This document shows positions 1-54,700 of a stretch of 64,000 bases of DNA, in pieces; positions within the stretch are counted from its first letter, which is position 1; every line of letters starts with the position of its first letter. This DNA is from Phoronis australis. Taxonomy: Eukaryota > Animalia > Phoronida. The position numbers and the translations under genes are program-made. Where the stretch lies: positions 336,588 through 400,587 of the forward strand of contig NMRA01000222.1 in NCBI GenBank assembly GCA_002633005.1. Reading direction: 5' to 3'. The notes below the pieces were generated by a model. It saw only the letters and a program-made list of their open reading frames with translations, had not been told where the DNA came from and did no database searches.

Positions 1-40
1 AAGAGGAAACCCTACTAAACGAGGAAAATTCCAAGCCCTG
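1..40 (+). mobile_element. Right end of CAGGGCTTGGAAT-TIR MITE (partial)
   Basis: Ends gaggaaaattccaagccctg, matching the other copies. Confidence 0.7.
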
Positions 41-127
41 CTTCTCATGACTCGCACACTGATGATCACCATATGGGGACGTCCCCTCTCCTGACACTAC
101 TCAGTCAATAACCACACCTAAGCTTAC

Positions 128-41602
<41,475 letters not shown>

Positions 41603-44600
41603 CTCGCCTCTCCACTAAGCTTCTGACTGGGGGCTGACAAATCCAGGCACTTATTTATTGGAAAACATCAGGTGCACCCCCAGACACTGACCAAACCATT
41701 TATGCTTCAAGTTAGTCCAGTTGCATTGCAAGCAAACATCCTGTTCTAGTGCAACCCTCGGAAATGGTGGAACAGCTTAGTCTAGTGTCGTGTTTCACTG
41801 CTAGCACCAAAACAAATGCATGAACTAATTTCAAGTGATGTCATAGCAGGCTAATGTGTCCCAAGTGTTTGTGTTGTTACCATGAACTCTTGATGGTAAC
41901 TAATTGCCGGAGGGTGCATATCGTGTGGTATACATTACCAAACAATTTTATGTTGTGCAACTTCCACAAAGCTGAGACTGTCCACAAGAGGTCAGACTGA
42001 TGTTGAAGAACTACTTTAGGGTGATAAAACACTGCATGAACCAACTTGCCACTCAATGATGAATGTGCAATTATAATTGTCCACACCATTATGCTGCACA
42101 ATTAGCTACAAACCCATGTAGCCACACTTTTGATCAAGACCACTAACATAATAAAAGTTGTCTCAATTAGTTCCTTTCACCAATGAAAATGTCAATGAGG
42201 GGTTTGAATGAAGAAGAGACAGTTGCTTATTGCAAAAACCATGATGCTCGCTGCATAAAATGGCCCGACCCACCATCACAAAACAACTTGTTGCGCCAGG
42301 CTTAAGGCAATAATGAGCAAAAATCACTCAGCAGCTCCGAATTTTGCACGTTATTCAGTGGAGGAAACTTAGGTTAGCATGTTTGGGACCCCTGTAAGTG
42401 CCTAGCTATTACCGCAAAAGCGACGTTTCATCAATTCTTTCGAAGTTTCAATACTAAAACAATCCTCGAGGTGTCTAAACTCAATATACAAACGACATCA
42501 TTACTATAAAGATCGTTTAGATCATAAACATTTATTGAGAAAATATAAAGCTCCAATACCAAGTGAGGCATGACAAACGAATGGTAACAACTAACCAAAC
42601 ACACTTCCTTACTATCCCTAAACACAGAGAGCTGAAATAAAATAGCTATATTTACTTCAGAGGCACCCAATTTCTATGGTAGGAAACATGTGAACATAGC
42701 AAAGAGCACACTAATATTACACACTCAAGGTTGGTTCTCATGTCTAGTTAGTAGTAGATAATACTTGAGAGATACCCAATGTCTATGACTGGAACGTGTA
42801 GTGTAACAAAGAAACAAATACAGTGAACATTTTGCACTGCTTTTAAGTCCAATATTTATCACATGAGACTATATTTGCACCGGTGTCTGGCAGCTGTAAA
42901 GTTGATCAATGCATTTCCCATGGCACGACACCTGTACAAAACAATGAGTTATAAACGAGATATGTGATCACCTTTGCATATGAACAACTTTTAGAGTCTG
43001 GCTTAGCTCCTTCATTTCAGACCAGACTATTCAGAATTTATAAGGAGTAATAAAGAGATTATCTGCTCATCCAGGACCATAAACTTTTTAAGCTGTGTTA
43101 ACTCGCACAGGCCAACTGAGACAGTTGTATACAGTGAGCAGGGTTCACAAAGAACTGCTTTGATCTTCCATATAACTTTCAAGAGGCCTCTTGTGTTAGA
43201 ACCACAGGGATGACTTATAACCATCAAACATTCAACAAAATTCTAAGCCACTATGCAAATAAAAGAGGAAATCGAAACCAAAAATGAGGAAATCTTTTAA
43301 AAGAAAAAAATTCCAAGCCCTGCAGTATGCCAAGTTAACACTCCTTACTCCACAGGGCCAAACATGGACTGAATCGAGCTCATTCGTTGTGTACAATGGC
43401 AAGTATGATTCACCTCGGGTAACTTGATTTATTCCAACGTGATCTCTGTGATCTCGGCTTAACCTAATTAGTGACTTTCATAAGTCGATTGCTTGATTAA
43501 GTAACAATGATTGACAACAAAAACAATAAAAACAACACCATACAAACAGACGAATAGAGACATAAAAAGAATTCTACTTTCTTGACACCCTCACTGATCA
43601 CATTTTGGCAACTCCATTGGCTCGCTAACCTTAAAATCCACCGCCTTCTTCAAAGAAACCCTCCAACTTCACCTTATGTTATCCTTTCCTGGAGATCAAC
43701 TTGGGTAACAGGCGTGAAACCGCCCACCATAAATTTGGTTGTAAACAAGGTACAATTTTCTTAACTGTTCATTCTGAAACTTTTTAAGTAGCATAGTTTG
43801 CGAAAAGTGCTCGAGGTTAGGTCAAAAATTTGCCATTTACAACCGTTACGTTGCCTAAAACTAGAAAGTAGTCCACAGACAGTAGTCCACTTTACTAATT
43901 CTGCTGTGTGCAACATACTAGGCCAACTACGGTTAATATTCTTCATTTTTGAACACAATATGGCAAATTTGTAAAATTTCTCAACACATTTAAACTAACT
44001 TTTCATGCTTTGTATAGCATCGTCACTGCAAAATATTTTTTACCGTAACTTTTAAGCATTTGCAACAACTTGGTAAGACACTTATTTTAGTCCTTAATTG
44101 AAGTATTATAATCATTCATGTACCATGGGTCATAAGCCAGCAGCTGGACCTTGAAGAAAGCCAAGAGTCTGATTGTACAATTCTGGGAATGATCAGGCAA
44201 GGATACAAACAAAAATATACAATACAACCAAAGGTAAATATAAAATAAGAAATTAAAATAACAACCGATGAAAAGATGGCACAACAAAGGAGTGCCACTT
44301 ATGTTCACAGTGGTACCTAATAATAATTTATTAATACTGTATCACCTGTTCACAAAGGATCATGTGATATCCTGTTGTGGAAACATTAACCAGGGTGACA
44401 GAAACTCGTCACGCACTCTGCAATTACTCACCCATTTAAGTCACATGACTTGTACATTATGAACAATGTCAAGACTAATGCTAAAGATAGCCAGCAGTAT
44501 AATAACTTACTCTGCGAACTCTGTGTGCGCGTCCATTAATGAGCTGAGTAAGGCAAGAATGTACCTGAACTTGGTAACTATTTTCCAACGTAGGCCCAAG

Positions 44601-45315
44601 ACAGGAAACTGAGCCGATTAAATCTAATGTCAGAGAACAATTATACTGTTTGGGACTGGAATCAAGCAGAGAGGGCACGAAAAAGTATCTACATCTCAAC
44701 TGTAGATTAGTGTGCTTGATTAGCTGTTTAGTTCGAACATTAATTGCCGTGTGATGAATTCCTAACAAATTTTTGAGTCAAAGAAATGCAGGCAAGTGTC
44801 ATTTATGAAATTGCTTTAGAATTTCATGGTCACGAAACAGGTATGAACTCTGACCTTTTGATTCCCTGATTGATTTCTTCATACAATGACATGCTTTCAC
44901 AACTCAAAACTTTCTAGGAATTGCATTTCATAAACACATTTGGTAACCAAGTACAATGGAGTACCATTGAGCTGGACATCAGTGTCAAGGCATTTTTCTT
45001 TACAACCAGAAGAGACAGTCAGCGGAGGGAGATGTGGCAAAAGATATTATGCAAGACGCGAGACGATAGGTCATCATGCTCCACAACACAGGGGAGGAAG
45101 TGTTTATCATCAACAACGCCCAGTCCATGTCAACAGACAAGTCACACTGCCCGCTGCTCACAAACCTCCCAACCACGTCGGAGTGCCATATCAAACAACC
45201 GAAACCAAGAATCGGCAGGACAGTGAATGCATTAATTCCCCGTAACATTTCCATACCAAATTACTTTCTGAGCAGTCACATGACATGTATAAATTCAGGA
45301 AGACTATGGCAGTGA

Positions 45316-45336
45316 CACTAGCGCCCCCTAGAGATT
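45316..45336 (-). promoter_or_regulatory. Candidate CTCF-binding motif
   Basis: Minus strand TCTCTAGGGGGCGCTAGTG closely resembles the CTCF core CCACYAGGGGGCGC; motif match only. Confidence 0.35.
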
Positions 45337-45530
45337 GCCAGTTTAACCTAGTCGTGACTCATGTGTCAGATAGTTACTTAATATTATCTCAATAGTGAGT
45401 GAAAAATATGGCATTACATTACCTTGCAAGCGAAATGTGATCACTTATTTTGCATTGGGAAAGCCCAAAATATCTCACATCTGTTGTCAATTGAAAACAA
45501 TTTTTTTCTGAAACTGATTCATCAAAACAA

Positions 45531-45788
45531 CTAGCACTGCCCCAAAAAGGCATGTTCTAAGTACAGATAAGTGGTGATAAACTCTGGGAAATCCCGTTTT
45601 GTCACGAGCTCTTCAAAAATGTTAGCTGCAGTGATCATGTCTTCTTTTTCCTTGGCCAAAACACATTTATTGTCAGAAGCAGTGTTCGTCGATGTCACAA
45701 AATCTTTTACCAAACCTTGAACCATCTTGCGCGTGATTTTTGCCCCGTCATCCTCCAGTTTACAGCCATATCGTATCCACTGCCAAAC
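45531..45788 (-). CDS. aceB: Malate synthase last exon
   Basis: VWQWIRYG...[20 protein letters not shown]. Confidence 0.93.
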   Translation of the reverse strand, partial: VWQWIRYGCKLEDDGAKITRKMVQGLVKDFVTSTNTASDNKCVLAKEKEDMITAANIFEELVTKRDFPEFITTYLYLEHAFLGQC

Positions 45789-48700
45789 CTAGGAAGAAAA
45801 GAAAACGTAGAAGTTCCCAAAAAATGCACGGTGGTGAAGCAGGTGACCTTTTAAAAGCTGAGAGGCACTTCTGCAACGCCTGGTAACATGCAGTGTCAAG
45901 CTTCTAGAACTTTACCAACTGGGTGCAGTTTATAAACAGTAAGCACTGAACCACAAAACAATAATGTGAGCAAGATATAGGTATGGCCCACTGAAAAGTG
46001 CCTGGACGGCAAAGCGTTGGCACAGCAATGGCATGAAACATGGAAAATGCTCCCTGCTACCATACCTGTCTAGTATGTAAAGTAATCTCAAAATTAATAA
46101 TCTTCAGTGGTGTGCACTCAGTTGACATTGACATACCACTCCGTACTCGAGCAAAGCTTAACGCCTTCACCCTCAAACAATGAAACTTACCTGTGATCTA
46201 GAAATTTCTGCAGTGGCCGAGTCTTCTACAGCACCTTTGTAGAAGTAATGACCTTGCCCTTGAAGCCAGTGGTAGATAAACAGTATGCCCACCCCCACGT
46301 TATGACGGAGACCTTCCAGTGTTACTCCACCCTGATATTCAAGACAAATCTTGTATGTTAGATTTCTTAAAATTTTAACGCCAAAAAGCTGTTTCCAAAG
46401 GCTCACCACTGCACAATTTTATGAAATGCCAAGTCTACTTTCAGGATCTGCTGACACAAGACGCAGAGTCCAAAACTTGAGAAATATGATGAACACAAAA
46501 ACTACCAATGTACCAATCTCCAGAATAAAGAAAATTTAATTTCAGCTTAAATTTCGCTGTTAAAAATTTTAGAGACTGCACCAAACTGGAGAATTCTTAC
46601 AGTTAACCAATGAAGTGTAATTTACTTCTTATTTATCTTTAGCCAAGAATGTTTAAAAAATGGAATTTCAAAGTTCTGCAATATTGTGTTCTAAACTGAG
46701 TAAGCTTCACAATTCTTTACTGATAACATGTCTTGAGAAGATTCTTGGACATACCGATGGCATAAGGAGCAGATCCTTATAAGTCACTTTGACGTCTGAC
46801 CTTTTCACGTGAATCTGGTTAGACGAAGGTGCATGTTTCTGAAACAGTTCGTTCATTGGAGAGATCAAGTCAAGGTCATACACCATGAAACCGTCGACGC
46901 CACTTTTAATTTCTTTTAATTTCGACCTGAAAAGATAGTTAGCACATTATAATATTTTTGAGGAAGTCCTCAACTGTACCAAACCACTCACAGAAACCTG
47001 ACTTTTCTTACCTGAAAATCTTCAATGGACGTACTCCAACAAAAAGAGTATGACGGGACGTTAGCAATGGTACATTCATTGTTATGCTTATTTAGTTGTT
47101 GTTCATTTATTCTTATGCTAATGTTTTTGTTGCGTCTCAGTGCGCCTTTGTTATGTGGATATGCGGGTGTGACAGTATGTGTCGGGCACATCGCTAGCGA
47201 CAGGCTTAGGAGAAGGGAGTTTCCTTCCTTTGCTTATATGAAATTGATCGTCATCATGACCGTGTAACTGAACTGAAACGTATGCGCGACAAGATGAAAT
47301 ACACATTTTTGATGTTCACTGGAGACTTGCTCTGTTACAAGAGTTTCCTGACATAGCCTGCCAGGAGAAACGTTTAGCCAGAACTCTTAAATCATCGTCA
47401 AGACACGCTTCTTTATGTGATGCCAGACAGATACCTGTGTACCTTTAGTTTTTCATTACTCTCTTAACTACCAAGTTTTTACAACTGCATTTTTCAGTGC
47501 CAATTAAATTTTGAAAGAACACGATTACTGTAATTACTAATAACGTGACTGTATCGATAGTTGATAATGACACAGATACGCGGCTTCTGTAGAAATACAT
47601 AATACCTCATCTGACCTTCAATTTCAAATTGAGTCAATTAAGAAAATGGCAATCAACTCAGCTGAAGACGGCGTGACAAAAAGCGGTGAACTATCTTTCC
47701 CATTCACTAAACTGTAATCAGATCCGTCTCCAAAATTCCACTTTTGCCACCTTAACATGATTTCCAAAGCAGATCGTAACCCACAATGCAAAAAACAAGT
47801 AAGCACATTTCTCACTGGTCAGTCAGTCATTAACTAACTTCGACTGAGCAATCATGAAACTGGAAAGCTTGTATGCTTCAAATTACTCACTCGCATGCAG
47901 AAATTGTAAGACGACGCCTCGCATCATTATCACCAGGTGGCAACAGTAGTGCCGCCATGCCCCCCGTGGCATGAGCACCATGTTGATGGCAGGTCTGCAC
48001 CACAAGGTCCATGTAGCTTTTTAAGAAATGTCGATCCATGTTCACGTACTTACGACGATCGGGCAGAACAAAGTCTTCACGGTGTCCTACAGCAAACGTC
48101 ACAATTAATAGGTACAGTGTATTAATGTTTCAAAGGTTTATTGATAAATGTAAGGCACTCATTTAGTACCAGGAAAAGGGAGCGAACGATGAAAATGCCA
48201 ACCAACCAATACTATTAATAACGTCACCAAGCAGAGACCATTGAGCTGTTTTCAGTCTCTTTCGAAAACAAATGGAGCCTCCAAATTGCTCAAAATATGT
48301 GATATACTTGATTCACGGGAGTGGTAGTTTGACAGAAGAGGAAGTAATTAAAATGTTTTCAGCAAGAAAGATCGGAATGTAAGTGACGGAACAACTTTTT
48401 GCTCTCCACAAAACTGGGCATGGAGACACGTTCACTCTCTGCAATGAATTGTTTTACCGTATGCAATGATATGATAAAGGCAGTCTTCCCCTGCGCATTT
48501 GTGTCATTAAAAGAACTGATTTATTTGCATGCTCTTCACTATGCTAATGTACAGCAGGAACTAAATGACAATGCTATTGTAACAAAATCTACACTAAACA
48601 AAGTGCAGTTATCATTGACAATTTGTAAACATGGTGTCACTCTGCCTGCAAATTGGTGGCCTTTGCACTAATGACGCACCTCGCCTCACATACTAGCCTG

Positions 48701-51700
48701 CATCATGCAGTGTTATTCCCCAGCACCACATCACAATACTTACGGGACACAGTTGAGTTTTTCGCAGCAGATCATTTTCGCCACAAAAATCGTTCTTAAA
48801 AACGTTTGGCAATTTTCATCCTACATCTTATTCACATCGTCGTTATACGTTGCGTTTCTAACTAATCTGGTCGAGCAATCACAGAGACAAAGACAGCTTG
48901 AAAGTTCCACTTTAAGGTAAAACAGCGAGGCTACCAAACTGATTCAAGCTATAGTCAAATGTCAGCAGTTTTGAGGTAACTCTGTCAACAAAGAGATAGC
49001 AAAGAGCAACACTCAACATGCCACCGTCACATTACTGGTATTACTGCTCTGACTAGCAAATTAAAGTGCTAGCAAAAAGGTGGTGTTTGAACCAATATGT
49101 GAACAAGGTACTAGGCTCGACAAAACACCGGTGCACAGACCTATATGTACACCAATACAAGAGATTAAGAATGAAATACCAGTAAAAACACAAAAAACTC
49201 TGACTGATGGGTTAGATTTAGTTACTAACATGTCTCTGTGAGAAGTAAGCAGAAAACTGAATATGAATCACCTACTGTTGTTGGCGTTAATGGTTAGAGG
49301 TTGACTAAAGAAACATAACTGAAACAGAAAAAGGAACTAATTGATTCTTAAACAACAGGGAACACACACTTGCCATGCATGTATTCACCAGTCCTTTATT
49401 TGATCTTTAACACNAAACCAGCAGGAGATGGCGACAGCTAGTCCACAACGGGTGCAATGTCTTTTCAATCTCACTAGCTCACCTGTATTTCTCATCCATG
49501 ATGAAAAACTAGGCCAGCTCACCCTGCTCATAACATGCCATTTCTCAATTTTCAATTTGGCCTGAATAATCAATGAAGTTTGATTGTAAAGAGACCATTT
49601 GGCTGCCATTTTACCATAAGCTCAAATTTTATACAAAAAACAACTTAATACATTGTCAGAGAAAAGTTCCAAGTTCATTGTAATATAATTGCCAAAGTTG
49701 TCATTTTTAAAAGCTCGGCCTGTATTCTTAAAAATACTAAGAACTTCATCACGTGGTGGACGACTGCTACGCACAAATAAAATGGGCAAATAATGTAGCA
49801 ATGTTCTATTCTTAAGTTTTAACAAAATAAATTTCAAAAGCTGTTCCACCATTATTGCATTCTAAATTGAAGAAACTAAATTACTGTAAACAGAAAACGT
49901 AAGGAACGTTTGTTCACAGAAAAGCTATTAATAGATGACATCCAATCAAGTTACAACTCCTGAAGTCAAATTAATTTAGATGACGATCTTGTGTAGTAAT
50001 TGTTCAGAACATGTAACATTCATTCCACACCATTCAACAGACAATTAGAGGGCCTAATGACAGGTAGAGCACAATTTCTCTTTTGCCACAATCGAGTCAT
50101 TACCGGGTCCAAGTCATTATCTTCATATTAGGGCTGTGATTATGGGAGACTTCTGGAGACACTTGCGGAGATGAGTCATGAGGGAGACCATCCCATGGTT
50201 ATGCAAGTAGACAAACAAGCAAAGGTTTTGCAAGGACCTCATCACCAAGTCTCAAATGCATTTACCGTAAAAAAACATATACCAAATTACAGAATTTTTA
50301 TCTCTGCAGTAGATAATATTTTCTGAAAGTAGAAACCGTGAAATTTAATTTTTGACTTCACACCAATCTACAACCACTTCGAGTCACGTGGTCATGTCTT
50401 CCAAGTAAAATTTAACAGTACTTTCAATACCAAACAACGGCATCAGTAACATAGACCAATTTTTGTTTGATAAATGTCTAAGACGAAATTTCAAAATTGC
50501 TCTTACAGTTTTCTGAGTTTTTTGTCACTTTGTTTTTGTTAATGCAACTTTTTGAGTTTTTAAAAGAAAAACATAAAGTCCTATTTCTGATAGTCCTTCA
50601 AGCAAAAGTAAAACATTAATTTAGAAATTCCTAATAGTGTTTTGCAGAACAGGGCTTAAAGCATAGCCATGATGTCCTGAAGGTAGTCAAATTTGGCCGT
50701 TTTCCCAGGGCCCCACATAACCATAACATATCATTTAAAAGGTTATCTACTAAGAAGGGAGGGGAGTGCAAAACATAAGTCTGGTGGCCTTTGCCATCAC
50801 CATGTCTTCCCTATTCCCAATCCTCAAAAATACGTCAAGTGGTTACAGGGATACCAAAGCGGCTTCAAAATCCAGACCAACATAAAATAGATAATGCCAA
50901 TCCTAGAGGCTTAAAGACGGGTAGAACAAAAATCTGCTCAAAACAGGTAATCTAACAATTCCAAGGAAAAGAATAATTTTCCAGCTTTCGCAAACTCAGT
51001 CGACAAATTGCTTCTCGTTAGGAGAAGTGCAAATGATAATTGTTAGCAAAACCACACAAAAATCAATAACAAAGGGACCACCAGTGACAGAACAATAAAA
51101 ATAACCACGGCACTTCCTTTCGCAATTAAAGAGATACTAAATTTGGGCAGGTCGAAATACACAGGTAAAGAAAAACACTCGTGTCTGATGAAAAACAGCA
51201 GCTACACATATTTTTGAATTGTTGACTGAAATATATCGAAACAATGATAAGGAGGAGTCAAAATTTCAAAGTGAGAAGTCAATCGAAGTACGGGAAAAAA
51301 TCAGCAACTTCGGAAGACAACGAAGCAGGCAAGTGAAATTTTATTATTTTTACTTTTCCACAAAAGATAAGTGGCACCATATAAATTTTAACCATCGTAA
51401 ACAATCTATACCACAGCTATATAGATAATAATCTTAGACAATTAATATGGGCACTCACCAATTTTAACCATCGTAAACAATCTATACTACAGCTATATAG
51501 ATAATAATCTTAGACAATTAATATGGGCATTCACTGATGTTTGAAAAATTTGAAAAAAATGTAAAAAAATCGACTTTGGCAATTACATTTGTCAGTAATT
51601 GGGAAGATTTATTCATTTTAGAGAAATTTCTTCACGCTATGTTTATTCTGTATTCTTTGTATAATTTACAAAACGTGACCACGGTGTGTATGGTTTACTT

Positions 51701-54700
51701 CAAATGACTTGAATGCGTTAACATGTTTATTACATGGCCACTGATACTTCTGCCTCAGACTGGCTGAAACGAGCTACGATGACTTCCGGTATATCGTAAT
51801 ATTGACCAACACGGCCAAGGAATATCACTATCCAATATGTCGTCCCGACATGAGATGTCGCTTTTTGTGATTTGACCAATCTGATAATGTATTAACTATA
51901 AACTTAATTACACAGACCACGAGATCAGCCGACAGTTTGTCAGTAGAATCAGAGCAGGTATGAACAAGCAAAATTTAATTTGATAAGAGATGGAGGGAAG
52001 AAGCATCAGTCATGGAATAAAACTAATACAGACCGATCCATTGTGGTTATCAAGTCATATGAACCTCAGCCTCACACAACATTGCTCTCCTTTGGTCCAC
52101 AAGATCTGATATCCCCCTCGGAATCGGTCCCCTCAGTATGGATCCCAGTCCCCTCAGTATGGGTCTCAGTCCCCTCAGTATGGGTCTCAGTTCCCTCAGT
52201 ATGGATCTCAGTCCCCTCTGTATGGATCTCAGTCCCCTAAGTATGGGTCTCAGTCCCCTAAGTACGGGTCTCAGTCCCCTCAGTACGGGTCTCAGTCCCC
52301 TCAGTANNNNNNNNNNNNNNNNNNNNNNNNNNNNNNNNNNNNNNNNNNNNNNNNNNNNNNNNNNNNNNNNNNNNNNNNNNNNNNNNNNNNNNNNNNNNNN
52401 NNNNNNNNNNNNNNNNNNNNNNNNNNNNNNNNNNNNNNNNNNNNNNNNNNNNNNNNNNNNNNNNNNNNNNNNNNNNNNNNNNNNNNNNNNNNNNNNNNNN
52501 NNNNNNNNNNNNNNNNNNNNNNNNNNNNNNNNNNNNNNNNNNNNNNNNNNNNNNNNNNNNNNNNNNNNNNNNNNNNNNNNNNNNNNNNNNNNNNNNNNNN
52601 NNNNNNNNNNNNNNNNNNNNNNNNNNNNNNNNNNNNNNNNNNNNNNNNNNNNNNNNNNNNNNNNNNNNNNNNNNNNNNNNNNNNNNNNNNNNNNNNNNNN
52701 NNNNNNNNNNNNNNNNNNNNNNNNNNNNNNNNNNNNNNNNNNNNNNNNNNNNNNNNNNNNNNNNNNNNNNNNNNNNNNNNNNNNNNNNNNNNNNNNNNNN
52801 NNNNNNNNNNNNNNNNNNNNNNNNNNNNNNNNNNNNNNNNNNNNNNNNNNNNNNNNNNNNNNNNNNNNNNNNNNNNNNNNNNNNNNNNNNNNNNNNNNNN
52901 NNNNNNNNNNNNNNNNNNNNNNNNNNNNTCTCAGTCCCCTCAGTATGGGTCTCAGTCCCCTCAGTATGGATCTCAGTCCCCTCAGTACTTGTATGGGTCT
53001 CAGTCCCCTCAGTATGGATCTCAGTCCCCTCAGTATGGGTCTCAGTCCCCTCAGTATGGATCTCAGTCCCCTCAGTATGGGTCTCAGTCCCCTCAGTATG
53101 GATTTCAGTTCCCTCAGTATGGGTCCCAGTCCCCTCAGTATGGGTCCCAATCCCCTCAGTATGGATCTCAGTTCCCTCAGTATGGATCCATATCATTTCG
53201 TATATTATTGCAGCAATGCTAACTCAAGACTATTGGAGCTAAACTTGTGCGTGTTATACTCATCTGCTATCTAGGCGCCAGATAGCGTTGTCATGACTAC
53301 TACGTTGTCATGCCATAACAAATGACAGACATTTACCTGGTAACTCCATTCGTGCGGACTCATGTCACTAACAATCTGCAACAGTTGCACTCATGGTTGC
53401 TCAAAATCTTTACAGGTGCCATTCCCAACGAGTCATGCATTTTTAATGACAAGGTTTGTAGGCAACTGCAGCTGACGATATATAAGTAAGAGAAACCGAT
53501 CATTTTATATGTTGGTCAGCATTGTAAAACAGAAACAGTCCGATATGACAGTAACTGCGTGAGCACAGGAGTCGTGTTCTCCACCTTGGATGTGTGGGCG
53601 CACGTAGTCACTGACCAGCGCTAATAGCTTTTGACTCAATGGTGGGCTGAAGGCTGGTTCGAGTTAATAATCTTGACAGTACGTTCACAAGCCTACTAAA
53701 ACAAAACAAAACGTCCCAAGTAATGTCTGTTCGTGCACAAGTCACTGCTGGGAAGCCTCGACTTGAGATGAACTCTTGTGACACTTCCAGCAACTGTTAC
53801 TCTGTCTCGTTGATTCAATAACCTGCTGTTTCTAGAGCTGTGTCTGTAGTCTATTGAAGCTGTAACTACTGATTCTTACTGCAACTCAAATGCTTTAACT
53901 GACACTGGAGAATTGGTTGACATGACAACAAATCATGACAAACGGACATTTACATCAATGTCACTGCCTTGCAAGCATCTTTCAGAAAAACTTCATAGAA
54001 TATGTGACCAGCTTACACTAGTGTTGGCCCGTCCCAAGGCCCTAATTCTCAAAATGTTTGCAAACCCCTGGCCTACTGTCTGTAAGTCTCTTTGCAATTG
54101 CCCTAAAGGCAATATTGTTTTGTTTAAAACTGATTATTGTTGATGCGCAACCCTGTTTTGTCTTCCCTGACAAGAACAGTTTGCTCATGCGTACATGGAC
54201 TTGAAGGCACCAGACGTTATGTGCATGATGTGACCAGTATGTTTGGATGATTTGCCCAGGTCAATCAACACACAGTTGTTCAGATGACCAACAGAGTTGA
54301 GTAGTCACATGTTTTGGCACATAGCGTATTCTCCAAGAACATCCACATATTTTTATTTGCAAATGAGATATTAGAGCTTAATGTTGGTTTGTGACGCACC
54401 TTCGTGCATTAGAATGTGCAGTAGAAATTATTTGTAAAAAAAGAATCATTATGATGTAACATGTGGCTCCACCTACCGAACTTGTTGACAAATGAAGCAG
54501 AGTAGTCCCATATGCCACAGTTGAGACCTGCCGAGTGCTCCCTGAGTTCGTACAGTATTTCATGGGTCTGGAAACTGGCAAGGACGTTCTCTATCAACAC
54601 ACATGCTTTAATGGTTCCCCTTGGAAGGCCCAGCTTGAAAGAAAATTGTGTGGCATGTACTTTGTGGCAGCGACAAGATGTCAACAATGATTTGAAATTA

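Noticed and set aside
44921-45315. Overlapping ~80-100 aa ORFs downstream of malate synthase
   Set aside because: No recognisable motif or splice support; probably 3' UTR or intergenic
52050-53274. 300-380 aa ORFs in the ORF track
   Set aside because: Artefacts of a stop-free 21-bp repeat plus a run of Ns
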